64,000 nucleotides of DNA, taken from positions 1 through 64,000 of the IMG/VR virus record IMGVR_UViG_3300008952_000034; one strand, written 5' to 3'. Shown here in pieces: positions 58,402 to 64,000 of this stretch. Numbering within the stretch: position 1 is the stretch's first letter; every line of letters begins with the position of its first letter. Source of the stretch: an uncultured virus (IMG/VR IMGVR_UViG_3300008952_000034). Lineage: Duplodnaviria > Heunggongvirae > Uroviricota > Caudoviricetes. The position numbers and the translations under genes are program-made. The notes beneath the pieces are model-generated. The model made no database searches and was not told the origin of the DNA. It saw only the letters and a program-made list of their open reading frames with translations.

Positions 58402-59826
58402 ATGGCATACGACAGCACAATACCAGCAGGCGGTCCAGGAAACTTTGTATCACCAAATCTTGCTATAGAGCATGAAGGGGTAAGAGTTGACTTTATCACT
58501 GTTGATTATATAAATGCGATGAACGGTGAGGTAACACACTCATTAGCATCGGCAAACACAGCGGGTCTTAAATTAGCTATAGAAGCAATCCAAAACCAAG
58601 GAGTAAACGTCCTAGGTTCAGGTGCTTTAGGTAATTCAAACACTGAACAAACTTACATGGTAAGAGCGGACAGTTTAGACACGATTAGTTCAACTACAAC
58701 GGTAGCGGCAATCCAAACGGCAATTAGAGGATTGGACGCCCTAACACCTGACAAAGTAACAGCAACTATATCTTCAGCAACAGCGGCTGACAGAGATATG
58801 TCTGATACTCAGGTAGCATAATAATATAAGTTATAGGAGGAAACTAAAATGGCTTATACAGGATCAAGTGTTGCAGGTGGAGAAGGTAACGCAACTTTTC
58901 ATGCAACAAGTAAATTAGATTTCTTAGGCAAAGAACTAGAAATCTTCACTGTTGACTTTGTTGACGACATGAGTGGACAAACAGCAAAAGACGCTGACCA
59001 GTACACTGCGGAACTTACTATAAGAAATTATGGTAATATCGTAGGTGCAGGCCCACTACATAACTCAGACACAGAAAAAACTTACATTTCTGAAGGTACT
59101 GATATGTATGTTGGGTCACCAGCAAGTGCAGGTGGAACATTCACGTTTACTGAAACAACAGCATCAAGTTCAACAGCAACCCTACAAACAGCTCTTAGAG
59201 CAGTTTCGGGACAAAACGCATCAACAACAGCGACTAACAAGACGCTAGTAATTGGTACGTAATATTAGAAGGAGGAATAAATTATGCCAGCAACAAGTAA
59301 CAATACAGGCATTATGTCTAGAAGACAATCTTTCAATGGTAAAGGTTTAACTTTCATTGAAATGATCTTTGATGACGAAATAGCAACAACGGCTTCTAGT
59401 CCTGACACTAAAGACAGTGCTTTTGAAATTTGCAGTGAAATCATCCAAGAAAAAGGAACTTTACTAGCAAAATCTTATTCATTAGGAAACAAATGTACTG
59501 AAAAAGATGCGGCGACGGCGGCTTCAATGACTGAAGACGAATTAATCGACGTATACACTTTCATAGTAGAGGGAACACCAGGTCAGTATAATACTGCAGA
59601 CTCGGCTGGAGACATTAACATGGATCCAGGTCAAGCAGACAGTTCTGACCCAGGCGTTATTGCAGATGCAGAAGCAGACATTGAAACAGAAATTCTAGCT
59701 AGACTTTCTGAAAACGACTCTGCGGCATCAGTTCACGTTGACGTTAGATATCTTCCAGCAGATGGAGTTACATCAGCAGGTGAAGAAATCATATACGGTG
59801 TGAACAGTGCTAGAGTTAATGGTTAA
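58402..59826 (+). CDS. Three tandem paralogous putative virion proteins (58402-58821, 58849-59262, 59284-59826)
   Basis: Strong GGAGG RBSs; shared TVD and QTA(I/L)R motifs; terminator after the third. Confidence 0.65.
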
Positions 59827-59853
59827 TAATTAACTACTAGAAATTAAATTACC

Positions 59854-59886
59854 AAAAGGGCGGATCTTTTTTAGGTTCGCCCTTTT
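59854..59886. terminator. Rho-independent terminator
   Basis: AAAAGGGCG...CGCCCTTTT. Confidence 0.8.
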
Positions 59887-59917
59887 GTCACAATTAAATA
59901 TCCAAAAGGAGTTTACA

Positions 59918-60157
59918 ATGGAAAAATTTGTAGTAGAGATATGTGTTGGAGATGAAATTGAAATTGGACGTTTTCATCTTGCTAAACAAAAAATAACAGA
60001 GATTAATTTAGACAAATGGGGTCATCCAATAGTAACTACTACTAGTGGTAGAAAAGTTGGACTATTTGCTAAAAGATTAAAGAAATTAATACCAGAAGAA
60101 GATATAAAACGAAATATAGCATTAGAAGATTACGTAGAAGAAGACAATAGAAAATAA
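59918..60157 (+). CDS. Hypothetical protein
   Basis: AAGGAG RBS before MEKF. Confidence 0.6.
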   Translation: MEKFVVEICVGDEIEIGRFHLAKQKITEINLDKWGHPIVTTTSGRKVGLFAKRLKKLIPEEDIKRNIALEDYVEEDNRK

Positions 60158-60792
60158 TGCCTACACCGTTAGAAAATACTCTATCTATAATTCTAGGTCC
60201 AGAAAATTATATGAGGGAAAAAGATCCCTACATATACGATATTCCAGAATCAAACCTATGTTGGTTACATAACTGCGGATCAGCATCTAAATCTACATTA
60301 ACATGGTTAAGAAGAGACTATGGTAATATGAAAAAAATGAAGCCTGACGAATTAAAAACAAATGAAAAACCTGCTTTTGTTTTATTACATGAACCGGAGT
60401 ATAGATGGTGGAATGGTGTAATAGAATGGGGAACAAATTTTGATGACTACGCATGGTTTAAAAATGAAAAAATAATGGAATGGTGGCCACACTTTGATAG
60501 ATTTACACTAGCACCATGGGAACTTATTGAACAAACTAAAGTACAACATTACATAAAAGTTAGTCCAGACTTACCTGAAAAAATGGAAAATTTTTGCAGA
60601 GAACAAAACCTAAAATTATATGGTGAATTTCCGTATAAAAAACCTAGGTGGAGAACAGTTAAGTACATAGAGAGAATGGCAAAGGCTTTAAGGCCTGCGT
60701 TGGAAACTGAGATGAGAAGAAATCCAAAGTTAAGACAAAAGTTAGATGAGTATTTAGAAAAAGACTACGAGTATTACAATAAAGCAAAATAA
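60157..60792 (+). CDS. Hypothetical protein, weakly sulfotransferase-like
   Basis: GSASKST and LLHEPEYRWWNG parallel the 4706 ORF motifs. Confidence 0.45.
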   Translation: MPTPLENTLSIILGPENYMREKDPYIYDIPESNLCWLHNCGSASKSTLTWLRRDYGNMKKMKPDELKTNEKPAFVLLHEPEYRWWNGVIEWGTNFDDYAWFKNEKIMEWWPHFDRFTLAPWELIEQTKVQHYIKVSPDLPEKMENFCREQNLKLYGEFPYKKPRWRTVKYIERMAKALRPALETEMRRNPKLRQKLDEYLEKDYEYYNKAK

Positions 60793-62360
60793 TGTACGAA
60801 TTTCGTGTCCACACACTTGTTGATATAACAGATAACGGAAACTTAAAAAAAGAATTTCCTTTTAAAACAACTGGAGGTGAAGTGGTTCATGACAAAAATA
60901 CTTTAACCATTGCACGACATCAAAATTCTAACTTCAATACAATGATACAATTACTTCAAATGAGAGGTAACATTACTTGGGAGTTACCGCCTATAAGAGT
61001 AAATGAAACTCTAGGAAATAGTGCATTTGGTACTGCTTATGAAGGCAAACACATATCATGGCACTTTACATTTTTCTCAGAACAAACAGATGTTTATGGT
61101 GAACCACAACACCCAACCGCACAACTACTTGATGACTTTCATTTAGTACCTATATTAAATTTTTGCAAGGAAACTGCAACTTTTCCAACAGCAACTTTTA
61201 TAACACAAAATTCTGAAACAATAAACACGTACTTTTCGTACGCTGGAGAAATTAATAAATAGTAATGATTAAGGCAAACACAGGCAAACATAGGCAGTTA
61301 AGGCATGACACAGACAGAGTACCTAGCGGTAAAAAGAGATTTATTAAATTTAAAAAAAGAATTGGAATTTATGCCAACTGAGTTAGAAAAAACAAACCTA
61401 GAAGCACACGTTGACTTATGTAGCGAAAGATACAAAGGTCTACACGACAGATTGTCGGCGATTGAACTGCGACTAGGAAAAATGCACGATGATCAAGACA
61501 AGAATCACAAAGGTCAGACAAAAACAATTATAGCCACAGCAGGTACAGTAGTGGCAGGATTATTATCAACAGTAGTTGTAATCCTAATGAAAATGCCTAG
61601 TTAATATAACTACTTTAAACATCAATTACCAAATATATGTTCGTACAAATAGCACCCCATGTAAAAGTATTCCTTACCAACACCCAAGTTGAATTTGTTA
61701 ACAAATACAAGGATAAAGAATCATTTCGTAGCACAGATTTATTACCAGAAGAAGTGGAAATTGCAAGAATACTAGGAGATAAAAGTATCTTCGTAAGAAA
61801 AAAACTTGACATTGGCATACAATACGCTTTAAATAGACGTATTAGATTTGTACAAAATGCCATTAAAAAATAAACAAGAATTAGTAAGACAAATTGAGGC
61901 TTATGGTCTTAAAAATAAACTTGCAGAATTAGCACGTAAAGAAGTAGCAAAAAAACCATTCCGTCATTTACCCAAGCAGTTCTCTAAAGGGATCCTTATA
62001 GGAAACATAGCAATCGTACCTAAAAAGCATACAGGCACAAGATATGTCTACGTAATAGCAGACATGATTGGGGCAAAACTACTATATGAAGATATAAACT
62101 TAAAACAAACAGCAATTCTTGTGGCACACCATTTGGCAGATAGTAAAAATCCACCTAGGGAGGTATTGGAACACGACACACATTTTGCTTCACAACTGTT
62201 TAATATAACAAGTGCTAAAGGTATGATTAAAATGGCACAAAAAGAACGTAATAATAGTATGGAAGAGATATATACACAGCGATTAGAAGATGCACACCGA
62301 TTAGCCGATGAATATAAGGGTAAAATACAAGAAATATTCCAATCTACCTTTGGTGTTTAA
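60792..62360 (+). CDS. Four late hypothetical genes (60792-61262, 61305-61604 coiled-coil+TM, 61637-61873, 61848-62360)
   Basis: Co-oriented ORFs. Confidence 0.65.
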
Positions 62361-62375
62361 TAACTAAATAACAAT

Positions 62376-63242
62376 ATGCAAAGCATAGAACTAACAAAAC
62401 CAGTAACTACAGAGTCATTACTATCCGAGTTTGAAAGTAGATTTAATCAAACTATGGATTTAAGCAAATTTACTAGAGAAGAGTTAGAAGATACTGCAAA
62501 TAAAATTAGAACTAGAATTCACGACATTACACAAAATGAACATTTTGGACAAGAATTAAAAAATCATGACTATCAAAAAAATCAAAGTATGTTAGATATT
62601 ATTAATCAATCAATTAAAGAGTATGGGTCAGACACAGCAGAAAATCCAGTTTTAAACAAAGCAACAGCACCAATCAAAGACAAACTTAGAAAAGGACAAG
62701 CATTAAGTCCAGATGAAAGAGGAGCGGCGGCAAAACTTATGGCAAGTAAAGAAGTTAAAGAAGGCGTAGAAGAACAATCAGAATTAATTTTAGCGGCTAA
62801 AGATATGATGGACAAAGTTACAGGGTATCTAGAAGATTTAGCAACAATGAAAACTGAAAGTATGTTAGAACTTGCTGATAGAATTAGAGACGAAATGGGA
62901 GCAGAAAAGTCAGATGCTTTCTTACAAAAAGTTCAACCAGCTATTGAACAAGCAGAAGCAACACTAGGAACAACAAGACAAGAACTTGACAACGGTGTAA
63001 GAATATTGACCGGCGAAGAAGTTGCATCAGACCCTATGGGTTCTGATGATTCCATGAATATGGACGAACCAGACACAGACCTAGGAGGAGACGTAGACCT
63101 AGGAGGAGACGCTGAAACAGATGAGTTTGGCGCTTCTGATGCAGAAGCAGGTGGAACAGAACCTGAAGGCAGAGAACAAAGAGAATCCAGAGAAGTATTT
63201 GAAACTTCAAACAGAATCTACGGCAAACTAGCAGGGAAGTAA
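62376..63242 (+). CDS. Acidic coiled-coil late protein, possible prohead core/scaffold
   Basis: TAAATA at 62365; repeated xxE motifs; acidic tail with in-frame 18-bp repeat (DLGGD x2). Confidence 0.5.
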   Translation: MQSIELTKPVTTESLLSEFESRFNQTMDLSKFTREELEDTANKIRTRIHDITQNEHFGQELKNHDYQKNQSMLDIINQSIKEYGSDTAENPVLNKATAPIKDKLRKGQALSPDERGAAAKLMASKEVKEGVEEQSELILAAKDMMDKVTGYLEDLATMKTESMLELADRIRDEMGAEKSDAFLQKVQPAIEQAEATLGTTRQELDNGVRILTGEEVASDPMGSDDSMNMDEPDTDLGGDVDLGGDAETDEFGASDAEAGGTEPEGREQRESREVFETSNRIYGKLAGK

Positions 63243-63246
63243 TCCC

Positions 63247-63597
63247 ATGCGATTTTTCGAATTTAAAAATAAAGATTTAGAATCAGCATTAGTTAATACC
63301 TTAATGAATATGAAAGGTGATGCTGATAAAAAAGATCAATCATCAGAAATAAGTTTTGATGCTGTTGACAATATAATGACTAACATAGGTTATCCATCAT
63401 TCAATTATGATATTTTTAAACAGATGTATGACCAAGGTGAAGCACTAAAAAACATTGTCGCAGATTTTGATGAAGAAAAGATTGTAATTAAAACAGAACA
63501 AGACGCAGAAGCAGATCCAGAAATGGACTTTGATAATCAAGGTTCTACAGATAAAGTAAAGCAGATGGCCAAGTCTGCGATGAACCGAAGAAAATAG
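63247..63597 (+). CDS. Late hypothetical protein (MRFFEF start)
   Basis: ORF track. Confidence 0.6.
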   Translation: MRFFEFKNKDLESALVNTLMNMKGDADKKDQSSEISFDAVDNIMTNIGYPSFNYDIFKQMYDQGEALKNIVADFDEEKIVIKTEQDAEADPEMDFDNQGSTDKVKQMAKSAMNRRK

Positions 63598-63615
63598 CAG
63601 ATAACTAACATTACA

Positions 63616-64000
63616 ATGAATAATAACCTTCGGCAGGTGGATCTTGTATCAACAACGAAAGGTTTGTTGAACCTTCATCAATTTTGGAACAAACCTATTG
63701 TGGTATTCAACAGTGCATCTTTCTGTGGCTTTACTAATCAGTTGTCCGCTTTTGAAGAACTGCACAAGACAGGCAAAGTAATACCTATTGCCCTGCCAAC
63801 AAATGAATTTGGTGCCCAAGAACCTGGACACTCTCTAGAAATCAATCAACACTACTGTAAGAAATACAACGTGACATATCCAATAATGGACAAGACAGAT
63901 CTAGAACATAAATTTTTTAAAACTTTTGGCATACCAGACTGGAACTTCAATAAATGGTTATTTGATTCTAAACACAATTTTGTTAAGAAGTTTAACAGTA
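63616..64000 (+). CDS. Glutathione peroxidase family protein, 3'-truncated, not in ORF track
   Basis: NSASFCGFTNQ, PTNEFGAQEPG, WNFNKWL. Confidence 0.9.
   Translation, partial: MNNNLRQVDLVSTTKGLLNLHQFWNKPIVVFNSASFCGFTNQLSAFEELHKTGKVIPIALPTNEFGAQEPGHSLEINQHYCKKYNVTYPIMDKTDLEHKFFKTFGIPDWNFNKWLFDSKHNFVKKFNS

Noticed and set aside
63649..63831. 60-aa minus-strand ORF
   Set aside because: Antisense to the glutathione peroxidase.
1..64000. Stop-codon reassignment, selenoproteins, introns or inteins
   Set aside because: Recognised genes are uninterrupted in code 11, and all three stop codons are used at gene ends.

Overview
AT-rich 64 kb segment of a large T4-related (myovirus-type) bacteriophage genome, probably marine and possibly infecting a SAR11-like alphaproteobacterium (inferred from DUF1178, DUF1289, TctA/TctC and base composition; not proven). 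Layout: (1) 0-24 kb: primase and gp41-like helicase, then a modification/auxiliary island with three radical SAM enzymes, sulfotransferase-like, SGNH-like and nucleotide-sugar enzymes (UGDH, epimerases, a ColD-type dehydratase, three paralogous glycosyltransferases), three tRNAs, ribosomal protein bL33, type II glutamine synthetase, ClpP and two arrays of unannotated microproteins. (2) 24.4-26.1 kb: a structured, mostly non-coding hub with phased TACCA repeats and an atypical tRNA(CAT). (3) 26-42.3 kb: minus-strand early region of small genes (DNA ligase, AAA ATPase, two cell-wall hydrolases) driven by eight copies of a sigma70 promoter cassette. (4) 43-64 kb: late/structural-type genes with TAAATA promoters, two more radical SAM enzymes, TctA/TctC, methyltransferases, a metallothionein-like peptide and a truncated glutathione peroxidase. 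The most unusual signals are eight NrdR-box-like palindromes in correctly spaced pairs with no nrd gene in the window (possible repressor decoy or dNTP sensor), three 28-bp palindrome+promoter cassettes bracketing the early region, a ~170-nt two-domain RNA leader on the sugar-modification operon, and the microprotein arrays. All product calls come from motif recognition by eye; no database searches were run.
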